DNA of 64,000 bases from a virus. A program made the position numbers and the translations under genes. Of the stretch, positions 36,958 through 44,041 are shown piece by piece. How positions within the stretch are numbered: position 1 is the stretch's first letter; each line of letters starts with the position of its first letter. The stretch lies in IMG/VR virus record IMGVR_UViG_3300020187_003193. The stretch is one strand, 5' to 3'. The notes below the pieces were generated by a model that worked only from the letters and a program-made list of their open reading frames with translations, did not search any database and had not been told where the DNA came from.

Positions 36958-37527
36958 ATGTCAACAAAAATATGTACTAAATGTTCTGTAGAAAAACCAT
37001 TAAGTGAGTATCACAATAATAAACAATACAAACATTCCCATTGTAAAACTTGTGTAAAGGAATATAGGAAATTAAATCCTCAACTTGAGAAAAAACATCG
37101 AAGGGAATGGTTAGATAATGGAGGGAGAATATCACGTAAAGAATATAATAGAAAATATCAAAATAATCTTACCCCCATTCAAAAAATAAAACGAAGTATA
37201 AGAAGTAGATTATCAATATCGGTAAAATTAAATGGGTATTCTAAATCTTCAACATTGAATAAAGCAATCGGTTGCGATTGGAATACGTTAAAACAGCATT
37301 TAGAAACGCAATTCGACGATAAAATGAATTGGGACAACTACGGTTCATATTGGGAAGTCGATCATATAAAACCAATGGTAAGCGCTAAAACGGTAAACGA
37401 AGTTTATGAATTAAATCACTATACTAATTTACAACCATTATATTGGGAAGAAAATAGACAAAAAAGCGATAAACTAAATTGGAAAGCAAATAATAAAAAC
37501 AAAGCACATAATAATCTCAGTAAATAA
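36958..37527 (+). CDS. Free-standing HNH endonuclease with N-terminal zinc finger
   Basis: 'CTKC...CKTC'; 'IGCDW..LKQHLETQF...MNWDNYG..WEVDHIKP...NHYTNLQPL...N..KSDK'. Confidence 0.88.
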   Translation: MSTKICTKCSVEKPLSEYHNNKQYKHSHCKTCVKEYRKLNPQLEKKHRREWLDNGGRISRKEYNRKYQNNLTPIQKIKRSIRSRLSISVKLNGYSKSSTLNKAIGCDWNTLKQHLETQFDDKMNWDNYGSYWEVDHIKPMVSAKTVNEVYELNHYTNLQPLYWEENRQKSDKLNWKANNKNKAHNNLSK

Positions 37528-38220
37528 AACAACGACGAATAGACTCAAGACTCTCTTCTTTTCCGTAGATTTGAATGTGTCATAATACGTATATCCAAAC
37601 CCCAATAATGCAATCATTACATCGCCCAACACGCCTCAAATTATCGTATAACCCATCGGGTGAATTGGTACACATTGCCACGCGCAAATTACGTGCATAC
37701 ATGCGATATAAACGCATATATAACAATAAACGACAAACGGCATGTGGGTAATAGTAATCGGTATAACATTCGCATGGCTCGTTACTACAATAGTGTATAT
37801 CATTAAACAAGAACTGGATAAATAGGGTACAATAGTACACCCTAACACGTTGAGGTTCGGAGTATAACAACGGTATAAACGATAGGTGTACCGCTCCACC
37901 CCAACCTATCATTAATCATCCCCCATCGCATTTAAACATTGATTCTCGCTCGTCGTAGGTGTACTAAGGTAACACATGCGTACGTAGGGTATAACTCTAC
38001 ACTATATTGGTTAGTAATGTAACATGATGTGTGGAACGGTGTAGGCGAGTAACCTAAGCATGATTCGGGTATGGTATGCCCCTGCATGTGCATTCCAAGC
38101 CTCTCTCGACAAAGAAACGAGTATATATGAACAATTGCGAATTCAACAATCAGCACCGACGTAAGTAAAAATGATTCACAATAAAAACACGCTTTAATTG
38201 AGCATTCAACAATAATTAAA
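37528..38220. other. ~700-nt intergenic tract of unknown function
   Basis: No credible ORF; more GC-balanced than flanks; several hairpins. Confidence 0.6.
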
Positions 38221-38237
38221 AGTAATGCACAGGAAAT

Positions 38238-38268
38238 TAGGCTTCACAGGCAATTATTCGTATATTTA
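38238..38268 (+). promoter_or_regulatory. Bacteroidota-type promoter P7
   Basis: TAGG-N19-TATATTTA; upstream AGTAATGCACAGGAAA identical to P1. Confidence 0.8.
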
Positions 38269-38311
38269 CCATGTTGAGATAATTAAGTCGAAACAAAATA
38301 AAGGTTATATT

Positions 38312-38494
38312 ATGCAAGTTAAAACAAACAACAAAATTACATTAGATTCTAAAGCGTATTTATCAGTAAACAAAGGCGTGTTCAACAGTGAATTGCTTGA
38401 TCGCAATGATTTCGTGCGTATGAATAATCGTACTTACTATGCTACATTAGTTAATTCAAGAGTACATGCTGACCATTGTTTTGCTTCAATGTAA
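38312..38494 (+). CDS. 60-aa hypothetical early protein
   Basis: Start moved to ATG 38312 after TAAAGGTTATATT. Confidence 0.65.
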   Translation: MQVKTNNKITLDSKAYLSVNKGVFNSELLDRNDFVRMNNRTYYATLVNSRVHADHCFASM

Positions 38495-38501
38495 AACAAA
38501 T

Positions 38502-38532
38502 TTGGCTACCGCAAGTAGCCTTCGTATATTTA
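38502..38532 (+). promoter_or_regulatory. Bacteroidota-type promoter P8
   Basis: TTGG-N19-TATATTTA; GGCTAC-CGCAA-GTAGCC. Confidence 0.8.
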
Positions 38533-38560
38533 CCACGTTGAAATTAAAATAATAAAGGTT

Positions 38561-38773
38561 ATGATGAATGTAAGTAAATTATCAGAAGAGTTATTTAATG
38601 GTTATGCTAAAGGTATTATAACAGATGAAGAATGTTGTGATATGATTGATCTTATTTCTAATACTCATACTGCTACAATTGAAGAGAAGGAAGATGATAC
38701 ATATGATTGGTCAGTAGATAATATTGAAGATGACGCATATGAGTTAGAAGCTTCAAGATACGATTACTTATAA
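38561..38773 (+). CDS. Acidic early protein
   Basis: TAAAGGTT-ATG; D/E-rich. Confidence 0.75.
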   Translation: MMNVSKLSEELFNGYAKGIITDEECCDMIDLISNTHTATIEEKEDDTYDWSVDNIEDDAYELEASRYDYL

Positions 38774-38790
38774 TAATTAAAATAAAGGTT

Positions 38791-39063
38791 ATGAGCGATT
38801 ACAGATTTAATAGACAAGAAGTATTTACTAGAGAAGACATGCGTGAACTGATGGATATTATCAGTGACGTAGAAATGCTCGATGGTAACCATTTTACATT
38901 AACTAATCAGTTATACGGTATGTTTGATGGTGTTGTTTATGATGATATATTGCATAACGCAAATGTTAATATGGTGCCTATCACAATTATAAGACGTATT
39001 AATAGTTTGGTTAGGAAAATTGTTGAAAGTCTTGTTGAAGTAAATGACGAAGTGGTAGGCTAG
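38791..39063 (+). CDS. Hypothetical early protein
   Basis: TAAAGGTT-ATG. Confidence 0.75.
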   Translation: MSDYRFNRQEVFTREDMRELMDIISDVEMLDGNHFTLTNQLYGMFDGVVYDDILHNANVNMVPITIIRRINSLVRKIVESLVEVNDEVVG

Positions 39064-39086
39064 GCCAAACCGGGTTCATATATTTA
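39056..39086 (+). promoter_or_regulatory. Bacteroidota-type promoter P9
   Basis: TAGG-N19-TATATTTA. Confidence 0.75.
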
Positions 39087-39115
39087 CCGTGTTGAATTAA
39101 TAAATAATAAAGGTT

Positions 39116-39265
39116 ATGAATGTAAATTATTTAAAAGCAATTGTTATTGCTGAGAAACAAGGATTATTATCTAGAAAACACGCTGAAACGCTTGTATTAG
39201 ATGAAATTGATAATGCTAAAATTAGACAAGCATTCGACATATTCAAACAAGCAAAGTTAGTATAG
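39116..39265 (+). CDS. 49-aa early protein
   Basis: TAAAGGTT-ATG; not in ORF track. Confidence 0.7.
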   Translation: MNVNYLKAIVIAEKQGLLSRKHAETLVLDEIDNAKIRQAFDIFKQAKLV

Positions 39266-39346
39266 ATGAAACAAACCACAGCAATAACATTATTAGTATT
39301 TTGGTCAGTGATGATGGCCGCAACGGTGTATGCCGTATTAAATTGA
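39266..39346 (+). CDS. 26-aa hydrophobic peptide
   Basis: MKQTTAITLLVFWSVMMAATVYAVLN abutting previous stop. Confidence 0.45.
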   Translation: MKQTTAITLLVFWSVMMAATVYAVLN

Positions 39347-39356
39347 ATTAAGAATT

Positions 39357-39446
39357 CGGTCGAGCAGGGTTAATGCGTCTGCTCCATGTTGGTAGGGGTT
39401 GATCACCACATCCGTACAAGCATTCCCGGACGCGGGAGGTAGACCG
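39357..39446 (+). ncRNA. Candidate multibranch structured RNA
   Basis: CGGTC/GACCG closing stem; GAGCAG/CTGCTC; ATGT(T)GGT/ACCACAT; TCCCG-GACG-CGGGA; AATGC/GCATT possible pseudoknot. Confidence 0.5.
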
Positions 39447-39462
39447 CTTAAAATTATATATT

Positions 39463-39666
39463 ATGGGTTATATTATATTTGGATTATTAGTATTATTAAG
39501 TGGGTTTATGTATTTGGTGTTAGGAGCATCATTGACAATTGAATTAACCCATCCACGCATTAAAGCATTAGTTGGGTTCGAGTATTGGCCTAGCGATGAT
39601 GAAGAGGAATACAATACGTTCAAATTACATTTTATTTGGTTGGCGCTTAGGTGGGATTGGGTCTAA
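39463..39666 (+). CDS. Small membrane protein
   Basis: N-terminal TM segment. Confidence 0.6.
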   Translation: MGYIIFGLLVLLSGFMYLVLGASLTIELTHPRIKALVGFEYWPSDDEEEYNTFKLHFIWLALRWDWV

Positions 39667-39718
39667 TACTTTATTATTTTCCGTTTCAACACAGCAATTA
39701 GGTTCTACATTACATCCC

Positions 39719-39737
39719 AGCCCCCTTCCTGGGGGCT
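39719..39737. terminator. GC hairpin AGCCCCC-TTCCT-GGGGGCT (terminator-like, no U-tract)
   Basis: 7-bp perfect stem. Confidence 0.4.
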
Positions 39738-39789
39738 CGCCTTCCATCTAATTAATATATTTACTGATATAACATTAATGTAAATAAAA

Positions 39790-40020
39790 ATGAATATACA
39801 TCAATTAAAAGCGGAACTCGAATTATTATACGACGAAGCAACCAACTTACGTGACTATACTGACAATGCCGACCTATCATCAGAAATCGACATGAATGTC
39901 ATAACCCACATGGACCATGCATTATTTCAATTGGAAGCGCTAATTGCCGACGTAGATGACGGAATGTATGAAGATGGCGACGGAGGTAGAGATTTCGGAG
40001 ATTTCGAAGAAGAATATTAA
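39790..40020 (+). CDS. Very acidic small protein
   Basis: 76 aa, D/E-rich. Confidence 0.7.
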   Translation: MNIHQLKAELELLYDEATNLRDYTDNADLSSEIDMNVITHMDHALFQLEALIADVDDGMYEDGDGGRDFGDFEEEY

Positions 40021-40160
40021 TATCGGCCCGATGGCGGGACGTTAGCGGATCATTAGCGGATCGCTCCCATGATCGCCGCGGTCCATCGATGGTGCGGGGG
40101 CGCGGGCAAGAGTGTTGACGGATTAAGAGATACCTAACGGATCCCCACATCGATGCGTAT
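40021..40160. other. GC-rich non-coding element with direct repeats and palindromes
   Basis: 60 of 90 G+C in 40021-40110 by hand count; TTAGCGGATC x2; four GATC; ATCGAT x2. Confidence 0.6.
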
Positions 40161-40191
40161 ATACCTATATATCTAATATAATATTATCATA

Positions 40192-40299
40192 ATGGAACAC
40201 AAACCGTTTTATTTAGTAGACAATGTATGGTGGTGTGGGTGTGGCTCACTCAACTCCGCTTCATTAGAGACATGCCCCGTATGCGATAAGCCTAAATAA
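40192..40299 (+). CDS. 35-aa RanBP2-type zinc-finger-like microprotein
   Basis: 'WWCGCGSLNSASLETCPVCDKPK'; not in ORF track. Confidence 0.6.
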   Translation: MEHKPFYLVDNVWWCGCGSLNSASLETCPVCDKPK

Positions 40300-40301
40300 G
40301 C

Positions 40302-40332
40302 TAGGATAAGCCAATTGTCCGTCGTATATTTA
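40302..40332 (+). promoter_or_regulatory. Bacteroidota-type promoter P10
   Basis: TAGG-N19-TATATTTA. Confidence 0.7.
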
Positions 40333-40428
40333 ATTGTAAGACCCGTTTAAGCCCTTCTGGCCACGGTTATTAGATTTATAAACTTTCTTTTTAAAAAGAT
40401 TTTTTGCATCGATAAAAGTATATACGAT

Positions 40429-40584
40429 ATGAAATTACAAGTAGGTGAAAATAATGGTTATGTTATTGTAGACGATAATACAGGCCACGTTTTAGATGTT
40501 TTCGTTATGGTAGACGAGGGTATATTCGATAATAGTATAACAACAAGTTATAGAAGAGAAGGAGATAAACACTTCAAGTTATGA
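40429..40584 (+). CDS. 51-aa hypothetical protein
   Basis: Open frame; not in ORF track. Confidence 0.55.
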   Translation: MKLQVGENNGYVIVDDNTGHVLDVFVMVDEGIFDNSITTSYRREGDKHFKL

Positions 40585-40736
40585 GACAAAAACGAGTCTA
40601 TACAGAACACTCGAGTCCGTTATATAAAGAAATATATAACTCAAAACACAACAGAGATGTTCTTCCAAATGGAGATATTCGAATAGGAGAAAATCACATC
40701 CTATGCTATAAAACAAAACTTATTAAGAAATACTAG
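40581..40736 (+). CDS. 51-aa hypothetical protein
   Basis: ATGA-coupled; not in ORF track. Confidence 0.55.
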   Translation: MRQKRVYTEHSSPLYKEIYNSKHNRDVLPNGDIRIGENHILCYKTKLIKKY

Positions 40737-40764
40737 GCTGCCACAGGCAGCCTTCGTATATTTA
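40734..40764 (+). promoter_or_regulatory. Bacteroidota-type promoter P11
   Basis: TAGG-N19-TATATTTA; GGCTGCC-ACA-GGCAGCC. Confidence 0.8.
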
Positions 40765-40789
40765 CCACGTTAAATTAATAATAAAGGTT

Positions 40790-40954
40790 ATGAAAGAAAA
40801 AAGATATGTGGTGGAAATGCATATTAAAATTATAGCAAAGGATGATCATAATGCACGTTATAAAGCTAATAAATTAGCAGAGAAGATAGGTGCAGAAGTA
40901 ACAGAAATAGGAGAGCAACCCTTTGCTAGTTTTCATTATAGGAAATTAGATTAA
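40790..40954 (+). CDS. 54-aa early protein
   Basis: TAAAGGTT-ATG; not in ORF track. Confidence 0.7.
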   Translation: MKEKRYVVEMHIKIIAKDDHNARYKANKLAEKIGAEVTEIGEQPFASFHYRKLD

Positions 40955-40971
40955 ATTTAGTAATAAAGGTT

Positions 40972-41292
40972 ATGGCAGAAAAAAGAGGTGAAACGGAGAA
41001 ACTCAAATTCGATTTCAATCAAGCACACGCGCTTGAAATTAAAACAAAAACTTTAGGTTGGTATAGAGTAACATCACGTGATTTTAGATCATTTGATGGC
41101 CCTCGCCGTACTATTGCTCCAACACAAGTAGTTCAAGGTAGAGTCAATTTTCCAATGGTAACTACACCTTACAATGGTCCCCTTTATTATTGGGGGACAA
41201 ATAAAGAAATTGAATATAAAGGCTCCCAAACAATAATTCAAAGTACTAAAATGATGGAACTGCGAGAAGTTTCTCAAAGTAGATCAAAATAA
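40972..41292 (+). CDS. Hypothetical early protein
   Basis: TAAAGGTT-ATG. Confidence 0.75.
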   Translation: MAEKRGETEKLKFDFNQAHALEIKTKTLGWYRVTSRDFRSFDGPRRTIAPTQVVQGRVNFPMVTTPYNGPLYYWGTNKEIEYKGSQTIIQSTKMMELREVSQSRSK

Positions 41293-41294
41293 AT

Positions 41295-41325
41295 TTGGCT
41301 ACCCAGGAAGCTGTTCGTATATTTA
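41295..41325 (+). promoter_or_regulatory. Bacteroidota-type promoter P12
   Basis: TTGG-N19-TATATTTA. Confidence 0.8.
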
Positions 41326-41348
41326 GGGGTTCAATTAAAATAAAGGTT

Positions 41349-41660
41349 ATGGCATATTTAATTAGTAAAAATTCAAGATTAAATGAAGCGTTTAAAGATT
41401 TAAGGAAAGCAGGTTACTTTGCTAGACAAAATTTCCAATGCTGTCAATCATGTGCTTGGGCAGAAATTCCAGAAGAAAAATCAGATAAAGTAGTATTTTA
41501 TCACAGACAGGATGCCGAGGGTAAAGATGATGATGAAATGTATGTAGGTTGGTCGGGTGATGGAAATGAAATATGTAATATATTTTCTAAACACAGAATC
41601 GATACAGAGTGGGATGGTGATTCAAGTAATAGGATAATAATCTCAGATTATTTATACTAA
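41349..41660 (+). CDS. Hypothetical protein (DUF6891-like)
   Basis: 'AFKDLRKAGYFARQNFQCCQSCAW', 'VFYHRQD'; start moved to ATG 41349. Confidence 0.65.
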   Translation: MAYLISKNSRLNEAFKDLRKAGYFARQNFQCCQSCAWAEIPEEKSDKVVFYHRQDAEGKDDDEMYVGWSGDGNEICNIFSKHRIDTEWDGDSSNRIIISDYLY

Positions 41661-41743
41661 TAAATTAAAATAAAAGTTGTGCCTATTGGTGATTATATTC
41701 CACAATGAGCATGCCAATTAATGAATATAAAAATAAAGGTTAT

Positions 41744-42007
41744 ATGAAAACATTTAAAGATTTAAAATTTAAGCCACACGCTGCAGACAAAAACGGAGTA
41801 CAAGCCACAATCGAATTCGAAAATGGTTGGGGAGCATCAGTAGTACAATTCGATGGATCATATGGTGTAAAAAGTGGTTTATTTGAACTCGCCGTACTAA
41901 AAGACGGATTCGTTGATATGAACAACGATATTACGGATGACGTAATAGGATGGTTAGACGAGAGTGACGTTACGAAAGTACTTAAGCAAATCCAAGAATT
42001 AGTGTAA
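41744..42007 (+). CDS. Conserved phage hypothetical protein
   Basis: 'FENGWGASVV...SYG...GLFELAVL...ITDDVIGWL'; start moved to ATG 41744. Confidence 0.7.
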   Translation: MKTFKDLKFKPHAADKNGVQATIEFENGWGASVVQFDGSYGVKSGLFELAVLKDGFVDMNNDITDDVIGWLDESDVTKVLKQIQELV

Positions 42008-42615
42008 TGAAAAGGTTTAGGCAATATCGTAGCAACCAAGGTAGAGATAATAAACAATATCAAGAAAGTGGTAAATTAATAGGAATATCCGGTCTAGTGC
42101 TAGTATTCATAATAATTATACTATCATTTACATCTTGCTCACCGAACGAAGACGAACTTATATACCCCGAACCTCAACGTGTTCAAGTAGATGCTTTCCC
42201 TACCCTTGATGGTACTCGTAGTTATATCCAGCATGTTTATTTAGATACAATACAATCCTTTACTTACACACAAATATATGCTGAATCAACTGACATGGCC
42301 GAAAGCCAGAAATATAACGGCGAGGCTAATATACACGCTCGTTTCTCTACCAATTCTTATTGGACTACTATTAGTGGTGTATTCGCTGGTACTCCTGTTT
42401 ATTATACTTATCCTACTGCTACTCGTTTTATACGCTCTATGCCGAATAATGAATATTCACCCAAAACCCTGGCCCTTTTCACTAAGCAATTGGTGGGACC
42501 AATTCCGAGGGTAGCAGTGAAAAATAACGCTAGAGTAAAAATTTACATGGACGTATCATATGATGGCGAGTATCACGTTAAAGACTCGATATTGCTTGTT
42601 TTTCGCCCAAAATAA
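42007..42615 (+). CDS. Putative lipoprotein
   Basis: Hydrophobic segment ending 'LSFTSC'; start uncertain. Confidence 0.6.
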   Translation: MKRFRQYRSNQGRDNKQYQESGKLIGISGLVLVFIIIILSFTSCSPNEDELIYPEPQRVQVDAFPTLDGTRSYIQHVYLDTIQSFTYTQIYAESTDMAESQKYNGEANIHARFSTNSYWTTISGVFAGTPVYYTYPTATRFIRSMPNNEYSPKTLALFTKQLVGPIPRVAVKNNARVKIYMDVSYDGEYHVKDSILLVFRPK

Positions 42616-42708
42616 TGGGGGTGTATATATGTATTATGTGTGACACAAATCTAAGGTTAGTCTTTAGGCGAGTCTCGAGTCTGGGAGTCAATTATTAAAT
42701 GTTATGTT

Positions 42709-43197
42709 ATGAAAAGAATTACTGTTAATGAATCTGTAGATTTTGTTCCGTTAGAGGAAGATTTTACGAATAATGGTTTAGAAAATGCCGAGTATTTTAC
42801 TATGACACCTTCTACAAACCCCCAATATCCTTCAAATGAAGGTTGGGATGATGTGAAGTACTTTACGGCTCGTATGAAAAATATTTTTGCCGATAAAGGA
42901 GAAGGAGATCAATGGGTTTATATTTTATCTAACCCTTCTTTACCTAACCTGCTTAAAATAGGTTATACAAAACTTGATCCCGATACCCGTGCTGCTCAAA
43001 TATCTCGTGCTACGGGTGTGCCATTACCTTACAAAGTAGAGTGGGCTTTCAAGTGTTTTAACGGCGAACAACTAGAAGGCGAAACTCATCGCGCGCTTAG
43101 AAAATTCCGCGTTAATAATAACCGAGAATTTTTTCAAATATCACTTGAAGAAGCTAAAAATAAAGTAACTGAATTGGGACAAAAATATATACAATGA
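42709..43197 (+). CDS. T5orf172-domain (GIY-YIG superfamily) protein
   Basis: 'WVYILSNPSLPNLLKIGYT...RA.QI..ATGVP.PY...E...HR.L..FRV..NREFF'. Confidence 0.88.
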   Translation: MKRITVNESVDFVPLEEDFTNNGLENAEYFTMTPSTNPQYPSNEGWDDVKYFTARMKNIFADKGEGDQWVYILSNPSLPNLLKIGYTKLDPDTRAAQISRATGVPLPYKVEWAFKCFNGEQLEGETHRALRKFRVNNNREFFQISLEEAKNKVTELGQKYIQ

Positions 43198-43484
43198 ATT
43201 TAAACGAAGATTTTTTAAAAGATACTATGGGACAATTGGAATCCTCTTTTGATGAGATTTCTAAACTCAAATTTACCTTATTAGATAATACTCTAGATCA
43301 GATAGGATACGTTTTTGAAAATGATGATAAGGGTAAGCCACTTTTTAAATCACTTTCTAAAGATGAGATAAATGATATCTATAATACTATAGAATCAGAT
43401 TTGATTCCTCTATTTGAAGAATTTAAGTACGAGCAAGGGTTAGAAAAAGTAGAAAATTGGAAAAAACTTCTCAAAGAAAACTAG
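43194..43484 (+). CDS. Hypothetical protein
   Basis: ATGA-coupled ORF. Confidence 0.7.
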   Translation: MNLNEDFLKDTMGQLESSFDEISKLKFTLLDNTLDQIGYVFENDDKGKPLFKSLSKDEINDIYNTIESDLIPLFEEFKYEQGLEKVENWKKLLKEN

Positions 43485-43512
43485 GCTTAGTGAATTATTC
43501 ATCGTACCTTTG
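43482..43512 (+). promoter_or_regulatory. Bacteroidota-type promoter P13 (canonical TAnnTTTG)
   Basis: TAGG-N19-TACCTTTG. Confidence 0.8.
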
Positions 43513-43542
43513 GGATACGGTTGGTTTGAAAAAATAAACAAG

Positions 43543-43878
43543 ATGGAAAACAAAACGGTTAAGGAAAAAAAGGGGGTAGGGAAAATAACGTTGTACACGT
43601 TACCCTATTGTATGCATTGTAAGGTTTTAAAATCAACCTTAGATAAAATAGGTATTCCCTATACGGACGTTGACGTTGAAGAAAAGGAAAAAATGGGTGA
43701 TTGGTTAGAAACTAACCTTAAAACCGAATCTTATCCTATCATTTATTTTGAAAGGGTACCCGGAGAGTACGTTTATATATTATCAAAAACAAACTTGGAA
43801 TCCCTAAGTAACGTTCGTATATTCACCACAATAGAACAAGCACTAGAAATTCTATTAAAATATTATTATGAGATATAA
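43543..43878 (+). CDS. Glutaredoxin/NrdH-like redoxin
   Basis: 'YTLPYCMHC..LK..L', 'SYPII'; start moved to ATG 43543. Confidence 0.8.
   Translation: MENKTVKEKKGVGKITLYTLPYCMHCKVLKSTLDKIGIPYTDVDVEEKEKMGDWLETNLKTESYPIIYFERVPGEYVYILSKTNLESLSNVRIFTTIEQALEILLKYYYEI
43795..43825 (+). promoter_or_regulatory. Intragenic promoter P14
   Basis: TTGG-N19-TATATTCA inside redoxin CDS. Confidence 0.6.
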
Positions 43879-44041
43879 AGGATTATTTGAGCAAAAGCTT
43901 CAACAATTGACAAACCAATTAACTGGTATTCATTCTGCTTCAAGTAGAGGAAATATGGTAGACACTAGACAGTTAATTGAAAACGCTAAAGAGCGTATTG
44001 AAGAAATGCAAACATTATTAAATAACGAACACCAGGAGTAA
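43868..44041 (+). CDS. 57-aa helical protein
   Basis: Open frame coupled to HD gene; not in ORF track. Confidence 0.6.
   Translation: MRYKGLFEQKLQQLTNQLTGIHSASSRGNMVDTRQLIENAKERIEEMQTLLNNEHQE

Noticed and set aside
36850-37600. Group I intron or IscB/OMEGA element around the HNH gene
   Set aside because: No interrupted host gene on either side, no P7-type core seen, and the protein lacks RuvC and PLMP motifs
37580-38156. Minus-strand ORFs of 74-110 aa in the intergenic tract
   Set aside because: Composition unlike the phage's genes, mutually overlapping, no initiation motif
37528-38220. CRISPR mini-array or TIGR-like periodic guide array
   Set aside because: Recurring motifs are only 7-9 nt with irregular spacing (115, 101, 127 nt); no period seen by eye, though autocorrelation was not run
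39357-39446. tRNA, hammerhead or twister-sister ribozyme
   Set aside because: No TTCGA T-loop, 7-bp acceptor stem or CCA; no CUGANGA/GAAA core; TACAAGC recalls a twister-sister loop but the other conserved elements do not fit
38225-43542. Track start codons at 38225, 41295 and 43510 (also 11108, 16141, 19816, 33910, 3040)
   Set aside because: They fall inside promoter elements or upstream genes; downstream ATGs have the proper initiation context
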